Source of the DNA: Octopus vulgaris | Lineage: Eukaryota | Length of the DNA: 64,000 bases | Direction of reading: 5' to 3' | Assembly (NCBI GenBank): GCA_951406725.2 | Contig: OX597816.1 | Span: forward strand, 134,354,001 to 134,418,000 | Shown: positions 58,866-64,000 of the stretch, piece after piece | Numbering within the stretch: position 1 is the first letter of the stretch | Layout of the letters: every line of letters begins with the position of its first letter | Translations under genes and position numbers: made by a program | Notes under the pieces: generated by a model | Seen by the model: the letters and a program-made list of their open reading frames with translations, nothing else | The model's database searches: none | Told to the model about the DNA's origin: nothing

Positions 58866-61598
58866 TTAGTATCTGTTGACCAAGCTGGCAAGGGTTGGAT
58901 GGTTTGACTAGGGCTGGCAAGCTGGAAGGCTACACCAGACTCCAGTCTGATTTGGCATGTTTTCTAGGTTGGATGCCCTTCCTAACGCTAACCACTCCAA
59001 GAGTTTAATGGGTGCTTTGCAAAAGATTAAGACAGTGAGCTGGCAAAATTGTTAGCATGCCAAGCAAAATGCTTAGCAGCATTTTATCTGTTGTTACTTT
59101 CTGAGTTCAAATTCTACTATGGCCAACTTTGCCTTTCATCCTTTTAGAGTCAATAAAATAAGTACCAGTTGAGTCCTGGGATTGGTGTGATCAACTTACC
59201 CCCTCCACACCCCCTGAAATTGCTGGCCTTGTACCAAAATTTAAAATCAGTATTATGCAAAAGATTCTGAGATATAAGTTTGACTCATGACAATATTAGT
59301 GTTACCAATTAAATATTGATTGTATGATACTAAGTATAAAGCTAATTAAATACAGTTATTAATAATAATTATAGTAGATTATAATAACAATAATAATCCT
59401 TTCTACTTTTGGCACAATTCCAGCAATTTCAAAGGAAGAGGAAATTGCTTATGTTGACTTCAGTATATGACTGATACTTATTTTATCGTAGTCAAGAAGA
59501 TGAAAAACAAAATCAGCCTCAGAAGAATTTGAACTCAGAATATAAAGCCAGAAGAAATGTTGCTAAGCATATTTCATCAGGTGTAGTAACAATTCTGCCA
59601 CTTGCTGCCTTAATAAAAATTGTGGTGAGAGGGGTGAAACGGTATGGTACATCGTTAGTAAATGCCCAAAATTAGCACAACGCAAATACAAATGACATCA
59701 TGACAATCCGGCAAGAACGATCCATTGGGAGTTCTGTGGAAATCACTGCTTACAAAGAGCAAAGACATGGTGTGAGAAAATCCCAAAAGGAGTCATTGAG
59801 AATGAGAATTGCAAAATCCTGTGAGATGCAATGATTCAGTGCAATCACCTGACCAGACATAAGAAACCAGACATTGTTGTGGTGAATAAAAAAGAAAGAA
59901 TATGCATGATAACCAACATACCCTGCCCCAGCGACAACAGGATCAATGTGAAAGAAGAAGAAAAAAATAAACAGCTATGATAATTTGAGGTGGGAAATAC
60001 AAAGGTTGTGATCAATGAAGAGAGCAGACGTGATACCAATAATAAATCGGTGCTATTTAGAAGTACCAGCACTCAACTATCAGCATGGCTGAAAAAGATT
60101 GGTGCAAGTATGAAAGTAGAACACCGACAAAAATCAGCATTGCTTGGAACTGCAAGAATTCTTTGCAGGGTTCTCTTTTGCATAAACACACCAGCATCGG
60201 TTGTCAAGTGATGTTGGGGGGGACAATCACAGACACACAAACATATACACATGCATATATATATATACATATATATACAACAGGCTTCTTTCAGTTTCCG
60301 TCTACCAAATCCACTCACAAGTCTTTGGTCAGCCTGAGGCTATAGTAGAAGACACTTGCCCAAGGTGCCACACAGTGGGACTGAACCTGGAACCATGTGG
60401 TTCGTAAGCAAGCTACTTACCACACAGCCACTCTTACACCTACTTACCACACAGCCACTCCTACGTCTACAGCTTTGTTAGAAAACTTTAGAAACACTTT
60501 CCAAATTTAAGTTGAATGAGTTATACTTTGATTATATCATTTACCTTGACAATATTTATCAAATAGTGTTTTATTAATTTTCGCTTCAAAGCATGGGTGT
60601 ATAGAGAGTCCTAATGTATCATGTAAATAAAGTACAACTTTATTTAAGTCTAATATGGTTTTCTCATTTTACAGCCTTGAAAAAGACATCAACCACTATT
60701 CTGATGTTTTTTGTCAGGGCTAAGAGGTTAATTTGTTGGATTGTACTATATTTTAACAGCTAGTGTATAGCATTTAAAATAGTTCTCTAGTTATGATTTC
60801 CATTGTACTATGCAAACTCATAAGTTATATGAAATTTGAATTTTATTTACCTTGAAAATGTGCTTTGTTTTGCTAAATCATAAACTTCACTCTACTTCTC
60901 AACAAAAGGGAAAAAAAGAGAAAAGAAAAATGCTTCCCTATCATGTTTTATTAACCTTGTCAATGTGCATGGTCATAAATTTGTGACAAGAAAACAATTA
61001 TATAAACTTTAGTAGTTGACAGTTATCTACTTTAGAAGGATGAAAGTTGAACTTGTCAGAATTCAAAATCGGAAAGTGTAAGGCTACAGTTAAATACTAC
61101 AAGGCATTTTGTCTGATGCTCTACCAATTCTGCAAATCCACCATCTGAGTACCCCTAGTAATGTTAAATGGAAATGCTCAAGGTGCAGTTTAGTTTCAGT
61201 TTGATATATATTTTCAGGTTCCATTTAATTGTTAGATGTGTGAAACTGAAGAATTACATGAACAAAATAAGTATGACAAATTACCACTTTAGTTTATATT
61301 CTTATCTCTACCAAGTGTACAGACTCTTTCTGTTGAGGAATTTTGTATTTTCCAATATGTCTAAAGAAATGTGTTTGTTAAAATCCAAATAGCATGTTAG
61401 ATTTTGAAAACCAAATGCTTCCTTTTGTTTTCTGACTTCAGAAATAACAGCTGTTCACTCAAAGATATCTAGAATTTATATGAGCAATAAACAAAGAAAT
61501 AAAGAGATTCGGAATGAAGTGAAACGTGAATACAGCAAACTTATTGAAGATTTTTTTGCAGCCTCTATTCAACTCAGAGAGAAGTTTGATATATTCAG
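5283..61598 (+). CDS. CCDC162: Multi-exon gene (20 exons in window, ~914 aa, both ends outside), CCDC162-like large coiled-coil protein
   Basis: 20 exons with AG/GT boundaries and matching phases join into one stop-free frame. Motifs such as VLNIWYLPH, WGGLEGI, YLILWKQLEVLK, LPTDLW and LYQKEQ match my recollection of the CCDC162 family; not database-verified. Confidence 0.75.
6031..6215 (+). mobile_element. tRNA-derived CORE-type SINE, family B (degenerate) ending in (TG)n
   Basis: Similar to copies at 30248, 47762, 53004 and 60182. Confidence 0.6.
8165..10960 (-). mobile_element. RTE-clade LINE, 5' half (APE endonuclease + RT N-terminus, tandem-repeated 5' region), degenerate
   Basis: ORF pieces 9735-9992 (VDICCIQEVRW), 9088-9579 (SQIDFIL, QHRLVISD) and 8486-8842; breaks off near RVPRSLIWW. 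Ends approximate. Confidence 0.85.
11218..11366 (+). CDS. CCDC162-like exon (LYTSQAEALGLDECHLHMRSIYFDQASYKEDAGRPPPGYLHASIDDSVD)
   Basis: Poly-T tract + tttcAG, AG|GTAATG donor, 149 nt, phase 0/2. Confidence 0.9.
12461..12824 (-). mobile_element. RTE LINE 3' terminal fragment with (GAT)n tail
   Basis: Matches the 3' UTR of the 15880-17840 copy; sits in a (TA)n run. Confidence 0.8.
12830..14345 (+). mobile_element. Penelope-like element: inverted pLTR copy + GIY-YIG endonuclease C-terminus + pLTR
   Basis: ORF 12993..13424 contains YVGATEGQFRTHFSNHKSSF...TTLAKHVWALKE (PLE GIY-YIG). ~315-bp inverted repeat 12833-13147 / 13950-14273. Flanked by TA runs. Confidence 0.85.
14142..14249 (+). ncRNA. 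Type I hammerhead ribozyme motif in Penelope pLTR
   Basis: CTGACGA (14158-64), stem II GCAT/ATGC, GAAA (14219-22), predicted cleavage after 14232, stem I TCCATATCAGCTATCT / AGACCAGCTGTGATGGA. Confidence 0.65.
14349..14408. repeat. (TA)n microsatellite
   Basis: Direct reading. Confidence 0.95.
14406..14572. repeat. Near-perfect inverted repeat (75-bp arms, 17-nt loop)
   Basis: 14406-14480 is the reverse complement of 14498-14572 with 3 mismatches. Confidence 0.9.
14772..14983 (+). mobile_element. SINE family A, near full-length
   Basis: ggcagtgagctgg...gagttcaaattcc...gggtcgataaattaagtaccag...tagagtagaaaag. Confidence 0.85.
15068..15161 (+). CDS. CCDC162-like exon (YLPKVLNLAILDYDNIKPAEFSFSSNYSICQ)
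   Basis: ttgcAG acceptor, CAG|GTGAG donor, 94 nt, phase 2/0. Confidence 0.9.
15213..15600 (-). mobile_element. Degenerate LINE (jockey/CR1-like) RT C-terminal fragment
   Basis: MEYCSYIWTGAA...LDHIQK motif in ORF 15213..15569. Confidence 0.5.
15656..15842. mobile_element. piggyBac-type MITE
   Basis: TIR CCCTTTAACATT / AATGCTAAAGTG, flanked by CTAA / TTAA; related copies at 17978-18590 and ~61780-61990. Confidence 0.7.
15880..17840 (-). mobile_element. RTE-clade LINE, 5'-truncated, intact RT C-terminal ORF (16550-17836) + 3' UTR and (GAT)n tail
   Basis: 428-aa ORF with FVDMEKAFDRV, GVHQGSVLSPLLF, LLYADDLAL, FRYLG and GRPRKTW, plus a Cys-rich insert. Confidence 0.93.
17978..18590. mobile_element. 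piggyBac-type MITE (TTAA TSDs) interrupted by an RTE 3' end (~18087-18470)
   Basis: TTAA|CCCTTTAGCGTT ... AATGCTACAGGG|TTAA. Confidence 0.75.
20023..20153 (+). CDS. CCDC162-like exon (LLTTEGLKKMQLVLKCQLCHQNAMIASILQVSNCNNLSSIQEI)
   Basis: tttttattAG acceptor, GA|GTGAGT donor, 131 nt, phase 0/2. Confidence 0.85.
21045..22458 (-). mobile_element. SINE family B split by the Helitron (head ~22300-22458, tail ~21045-21250)
   Basis: Both parts match the uninterrupted copies at 47762-48224 and 53004-53435. Confidence 0.7.
21287..22281 (-). mobile_element. Internally deleted Helitron carrying a PIF1 helicase C-terminal fragment
   Basis: Minus strand TC start (22281), 3' hairpin + CTAG end (21287), A|T target; ORF 21954..22214 has LQFPIPLSFAMSINKSQDQTL. 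Confidence 0.85.
23041..23103. repeat. (AAT)n microsatellite
   Basis: Direct reading. Confidence 0.95.
23104..24562 (+). mobile_element. R4/Dong-type non-LTR retrotransposon with restriction-like endonuclease, 5'-truncated
   Basis: CCHC CRICGDGQETINHIISSC, RHD, RPDIVV...LIDVSIP, KLSKYKDL, ALLGTAHILR; (AAT)n on both sides. Confidence 0.88.
24563..25275 (-). mobile_element. CR1-clade LINE 3' fragment
   Basis: LRWTKHI...PHLEFAS and FFMLRVTEVWNRLP...ASFK motifs. Confidence 0.8.
25518..25635 (+). CDS. CCDC162-like exon (QKNQVQPNEK...SESFVSVQFIK)
   Basis: cccttAG acceptor, AAG|GTAAC donor, 118 nt, phase 2/0. Confidence 0.8.
26718..26812 (+). CDS. CCDC162-like exon (TAFRDIMLNKYTKKIESTPHFSGSREYNKFK)
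   Basis: ttgttAG acceptor; weak CA|GTTTGT donor chosen because it gives the phase 2 needed by the next exon; 95 nt. Confidence 0.75.
29195..29662 (+). mobile_element. RTE LINE 3' end
   Basis: RGRPRKTWDKVVKHDL, 3' UTR matching the 15880 copy, (GAT)n tail. Confidence 0.8.
29886..30008 (+). CDS. CCDC162-like exon (DLISEACNSTATNISQYLLRSQIIGIYKYISQALEDFSPI)
   Basis: tacAG acceptor, AG|GTAATT donor, 123 nt, phase 2/2. Confidence 0.85.
30248..30596 (+). mobile_element. SINE-B head joined to the 3' end of a second RTE-like LINE family
   Basis: SINE head to ~30343, then RRVQFAGHCCR...AMMDREVWRSMV and a GAT tail. Confidence 0.65.
31628..31702 (+). CDS. CCDC162-like exon (NTFFTVGIFIVADNPADSYIDRRK)
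   Basis: ttttacAG acceptor, AG|GTAAT donor, 75 nt, phase 2/2. Confidence 0.8.
32345..32628 (+). CDS. CCDC162-like exon (ELSIDADFKVMSPDGQEVLNIWYLPH...WGGLEGI)
   Basis: Lies within ORF 32334..32759; cttgtAG acceptor, A|GTAAAA donor, 284 nt, phase 2/1. Confidence 0.9.
33989..34167 (+). CDS. CCDC162-like exon (TELKEIMTQVQSLSCPTDPKQVVELL...SGNRVAFE)
   Basis: ttttcaAG acceptor, GAG|GTGAG donor, 179 nt, phase 1/0. Confidence 0.9.
34741..34886 (+). CDS. CCDC162-like exon (AVNMNHGLTVLSNVPQESVFNTYLRVPEPLE...YPWRSFLG)
   Basis: ttccAG acceptor, CG|GTAAG donor, 146 nt, phase 0/2. Confidence 0.9.
34962..35852 (+). mobile_element. Degenerate, internally deleted mariner
   Basis: 30-bp TIRs CAAGGTGTTATCAAAAAGTTCCTGGACTAG (4 mismatches), TA flanks, remnants WILHNDSAPCH and PHPPYLPDL. 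Confidence 0.85.
36222..36311 (+). CDS. CCDC162-like exon (NGPFPGMLPCWYHVSQNMQLCVASLKELD)
   Basis: tctatcAG acceptor, AA|GTAAGT donor, 90 nt, phase 2/2. Confidence 0.85.
37950..38155 (-). mobile_element. R4/Dong-type LINE C-terminal fragment
   Basis: Minus strand reads IELLQNVCLLGTANIIRKVLDI*. Confidence 0.6.
38524..38726 (+). CDS. CCDC162-like exon (LAANGEISGVSLQLEDIILSEF...NNFVVPF)
   Basis: caattAG acceptor, G|GTGAGT donor, 203 nt, phase 2/1. Confidence 0.85.
39060..41014 (+). mobile_element. Retrozyme/Penelope-pLTR-like non-autonomous element (inverted 5' piece + ~1.6 tandem units, degenerate hammerhead), split by a mariner
   Basis: 39059-39158 is inverted relative to the unit; units start at 39157 and 40795; 13-bp flanking repeat TTTCTTAATATTG (39047-59 / 41015-27); CTGATGA...GAAA at 40762-86. 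Confidence 0.65.
39306..40588 (-). mobile_element. Full-length mariner (1283 bp), transposase pseudogene
   Basis: 37-bp TIRs CGAGGG[G/A]CGTTCAATAAGTAATGCC[C/T]CTGACCCACTT, TA TSD. Transposase is split by a frameshift (40164-40466 / 39379-40182) and has WIPRLL, QDNAPVH and PDLAPSDFHLF; the first catalytic D reads H (TQHETW). Confidence 0.95.
41028..41238 (-). mobile_element. SINE family A
   Basis: Reverse complement of the family A pattern. Confidence 0.8.
41459..41680. mobile_element. piggyBac-type MITE, second family
   Basis: TTAA|ACCTTTCGTTAC ... GTAACGAAAGGG|TTAA. Confidence 0.75.
41991..42195 (+). CDS. CCDC162-like exon (DFPLQGIEEDSSEED...YLILWKQLEVLKKCW...DYQEF)
   Basis: Poly-T tract + actcAG, TG|GTAATT donor, 205 nt, phase 1/2. 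Confidence 0.9.
42446..42590 (-). mobile_element. Short repeat with degenerate hammerhead-like motif
   Basis: Minus strand gatac CTGATGA A GGTTG gagggtatat CAGCC TAAAC gtgtt. Confidence 0.45.
42591..43270. repeat. Compound microsatellite block: (ATT/ATC)n, (TATG)n, then inverted (CATA)n
   Basis: Direct reading. Confidence 0.9.
43407..43795. repeat. (TA)n runs flanking a ~250-bp insert, followed by (AG)n
   Basis: TA runs at ~43407-43454 and ~43707-43759. Confidence 0.85.
44155..44402. repeat. (AAT/AAC)n and (GAAT)n microsatellites
   Basis: Direct reading. Confidence 0.9.
44427..44577 (+). CDS. CCDC162-like exon (KIYRKKILFPVLQNL...SDFDVKGNQ)
   Basis: ttttcAG acceptor, CAA|GTGAGT donor, 151 nt, phase 2/0. 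Confidence 0.9.
45440..46260 (+). mobile_element. Degenerate RTE RT fragment
   Basis: KYLAKNKPLYLAFVDLEKMFDRVP and GVHQDSVFS, with stops and frameshifts. Confidence 0.8.
46320..46457 (+). CDS. CCDC162-like exon (LVKLLESFECHMIKKAIKEINKDLSLAIAERAREEIVLPTDLWRKR)
   Basis: cttttAG acceptor, CGT|GTAAGT donor, 138 nt, phase 0/0. Confidence 0.9.
46572..47719 (+). mobile_element. Non-autonomous Helitron
   Basis: A|TCTATAAAAG start; CCCGGGCAAGGCTGGG hairpin then CTAG|T end. Confidence 0.7.
47762..48224 (+). mobile_element. SINE family B with internal (TG)n
   Basis: ggctgtgtggttaag...caccttggacaagtgtc...tttggtagac head; tail shared with other copies. Confidence 0.75.
48420..48990 (+). mobile_element. 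RTE-like LINE 3' fragment (second family)
   Basis: YLG...LLYGSETWTLT...IRQRRLQLSGHC. Confidence 0.7.
49584..49983 (+). mobile_element. Non-autonomous Helitron (400 bp)
   Basis: A|TC start; CCCGGGCAACGCCGGG hairpin then CTAG|T end. Confidence 0.75.
50162..50343 (+). CDS. CCDC162-like exon (KTKGIVQLHCPNIMSNFR...VVAREKLAYE)
   Basis: catttcAG acceptor, AG|GTACTT donor, 182 nt, phase 0/2. Confidence 0.9.
50563..50830 (+). mobile_element. tRNA-derived SINE, family C
   Basis: A-box tggctcagtgg, B-box-like gtttgattcc; second copy at ~55785-56115. Confidence 0.7.
50880..51570 (-). mobile_element. RTE LINE 3' fragment, deleted
   Basis: (CAT)n tail and 3' UTR, plus AVTAEDMHRLERNEASIL. Confidence 0.75.
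51788..52208 (-). mobile_element. Two tandem SINE family A copies
   Basis: ~51788-51983 and ~52003-52208; ctattgataataat repeated between and around the copies. Confidence 0.75.
52845..52908 (+). CDS. CCDC162-like exon (YTNYYENMMKSFRNQLYQKEQ)
   Basis: ttttgcAG acceptor, CAG|GTAAGT donor, 64 nt, phase 2/0. Confidence 0.9.
53004..53435 (-). mobile_element. SINE family B with (CA)n
   Basis: Matches other family B copies. Confidence 0.75.
54240..55400 (-). mobile_element. RTE (BovB-like) RT C-terminal fragment interrupted by SINE A (~54785-55000)
   Basis: FSTACNDFG...VDKFTYLGST and MNCLRKLLKITWQNKIPNTEV. Confidence 0.75.
55785..56115 (+). mobile_element. SINE family C
   Basis: Matches 50563-50830. 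Confidence 0.7.
58594..58693 (+). CDS. CCDC162-like exon, coiled coil (EIRKLQDDLEVLESNLSNEVEFQLADKVFNLLM)
   Basis: tgacAG acceptor, G|GTCAGT donor, 100 nt, phase 0/1. Confidence 0.85.
58810..59250. mobile_element. RTE 3' tail (minus) followed by SINE A (plus, ~59031-59248)
   Basis: (CAT)n + RTE 3' UTR; family A pattern. Confidence 0.7.
59630..60175 (+). mobile_element. Degenerate R4/Dong-type RLE fragment
   Basis: KPDIVVVNKKE...QKSALLGTARIL. Confidence 0.7.
60182..60466 (-). mobile_element. SINE family B
   Basis: Close to family pattern; duplicated ctacttaccacacagccactc at its 5' end. Confidence 0.8.
61442..61598 (+). CDS. CCDC162-like exon, coiled coil (ITAVHSKISRIY...EVKREYSKLIEDFF...KFDIF)
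   Basis: acttcAG acceptor, AG|GTACTG donor, 157 nt, phase 1/2; gene continues beyond the window. Confidence 0.85.
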
Positions 61599-63259
61599 GT
61601 ACTGTATAATTGTCATGTATGTGGAATGGCTAATGACTTGGACAAAAATTTCATTGGCTTAAACCTTGCTACAAGAATTATATTTTACATCAGCTAAAAT
61701 AGATACTATTCTCATTTCAAAGCCAAGTAGTTGAAATTAGATGGAACAACCAATTGTAAAATGTCAGCTACAAGTGTTTAGCTCTTTAGCATTTAAACTG
61801 GCTATATCTAGTTCAAATATCCTTCCTGTTGTATGTTTAAACAGGTCAGATCCAGCCTCTCACACCTCACCTACAATATCATTCTAAAATTCTAAAAATA
61901 AACTATCACATTGTCAAAATCTCAATGGTAAAACAATGTGAATAAATAAGCATTATATTCAACAGAGTAACCTGAATGCTTAAGGGCTAAAGTTATAAAA
62001 TCACCCAGCACAGGAAAATAAATAGATTAAACCCTTTTTAAGATAAATCATTCTTCTGTACTTTAAAATGTGTTTTCTTATCAGTTAATCCTTTAACTAA
62101 GTTTTGCATTGAATATCTTGTCTTGTAGACTGTCTCAGATAGTAGTTGAATCAGTATTAGAATGGGGGCAATAGGGAATTGAACTAAATACTTTTCTTTT
62201 TTTTGTGCTTGAATCAATGAAATAGGTACTTTGCTTTATGTTCCCATCAATTTTTTATGAACTGGCTTTGTACTTTATCAAAAGATGTTGTCATCACCAC
62301 CACCACCACCACCACCACCACCACCATTATCATTTTCAATTCTACTTTTACTACAAATGAAAAAGTCTACATATTGTAGGTGATTAGGTATGGCTTGGGA
62401 AGAATTAATTTTTGAGGTCACAAGCTACATATTTAATAAATTTGATATCAGTCGGCTGTCTGATCCAAGTACCTCTGGCCAGTTACAATAATAAACATAA
62501 CTTATTAATACTGAAAGGATAAAAATGTTTCCTTGGTAGGATTTAAATAATAGATACTGACTTGTTACAATTTGTGTAAATTTGGTTAAATATTGCTTGT
62601 TTGCCAATTTAACTTAAAAGCTAATTTATCTTTATTCCTGACTTATGGACTTTTATGTAACAAATTTTATTTCATGAATTTCTTGTTTTCTATGTCCAAC
62701 ATTTGCTAGAAATGACCTGACTGATGAAGTATTGGAGATAATTACCACAACTCGCAAACATGTTATTGAAGAAATGGAAGAACTTAAACTTAAATATCAC
62801 CTTCCAGAAGGCAAGATTATTATCTCTATATTTCAGATGTCTGATTAACCATCCATTTTCAAATTGTTGAAAAGTCTTTGCACAGTCAGGAGGAGGTCTG
62901 CTTAACAAATGGAAGCAGTGAGAATTTCAATGACTATTTGATAACTTTTGATACTGGTATGGCTATCCGTACAATTGTTAATACGACTATCTCTGTTCCA
63001 GGACAATTATCATCATCATAATATAGAATGTTCAATACATCTGCCACATGCAAACACTACTTTCTCTTGTTAACCTTGCTGTGATAGAGCTGCACCTCTT
63101 ATATGTCAATAGTTTGCACTGGGTACACCATACAGAATTTCTACCTACACCTTTTCTACATATTAAGCACAGCTATCTCCCTGAAGGGATTAGTAATTTT
63201 CTGTTTTTCTATTTACTAAGACTTTGGTCTTTGCTAAATTAACTCTGAGACCCTTTGAT

Positions 63260-64000
63260 TCCAGACCTTGCATTGTACATGGTGACCATGAAATTGGCTC
63301 TTGTAATGAGGAGAGAACAAGGCTACTGAACTTCTGTCCTAATTTCTAAGATCTACAATACCAACTTCAGAAAGCCAGCCAGTCATCTGATAACCTATCA
63401 GTCTGGTGACCACACTAGCAAGATTGACTACATAGTTGAGTGGCTGGTGAGAGCTGTACAAGCCATGTAGGTATGTCATCAGTAAAATGAAAGTTGGCAC
63501 TGTGTATAGCAATGAATTTAGTGTATCAGAGTCCTCCAGGCTATCACAGAATACTGGCTGCCCTTGAGAATTCCTCTGTGCTGATGACTTTGTCCTTATA
63601 GCTGAATCACTACCTGACCTAGAGAAGAAATTTCAGGTGTGAAAGCAAGGCCTTAGGGTTAATTTAGCAAAAACCAAAGTCCTAGTAAGTAGGGAAACAG
63701 ACAAATCACAAGTCTCTTCAGGGAGATGGCCCTACTCAGTATGTAAGAAGGGTGTTGGTAGAAGCTCCATACATTGTACCCAGTGCGAGCTTTGGACACT
63801 TAAGTAGTGTAGCAGTATCACAGGAATGTTAACAGAAAATATAGTCTTCGTGTGTGACAAATGTGCTGGTAAATACAAGCACTGAAAATGCATAGACAAT
63901 AGACCCCTCAATTGCTGAGGGTGATCATTAGAAGTAGTAGATAGTTTCTGTTACCTAGGAGACCTAGTTAGCAGTGGTGGAGGAAGTTCTGAAAGTATAG
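63260..64000 (+). mobile_element. Degenerate, internally deleted RTE fragment
   Basis: Pieces homologous to both the APE region (9088-9579) and the RT region (16550-17836). Confidence 0.75.

Overview
AT-rich, microsatellite-rich eukaryotic genomic DNA. The repeat content is typical of a coleoid cephalopod such as Octopus; this is inferred from the repeat families, not proven. The window lies inside one long plus-strand gene. I can splice 20 GT-AG exons (5283-61598, 2744 nt, about 914 codons) into a single open frame with consistent phases. The product resembles the CCDC162 family of large uncharacterised coiled-coil proteins; both ends lie outside the window. The introns hold a Gypsy LTR retrotransposon, several RTE, CR1 and R4/Dong-type LINE fragments, a Penelope-like (GIY-YIG) element, two mariners, three Helitrons, TTAA-flanked piggyBac-type MITEs and at least three tRNA-derived SINE families. 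The most interesting signal is a set of type I hammerhead-ribozyme motifs in several unrelated small repeats. One has an unusually long stem II (about 14142-14249) inside a Penelope pseudo-LTR. Another lies in a ~353-bp retrozyme-like tandem unit (39060-41014) whose monomer boundary coincides with the predicted cleavage site and which was later split by a mariner. Both are on the host pre-mRNA strand.
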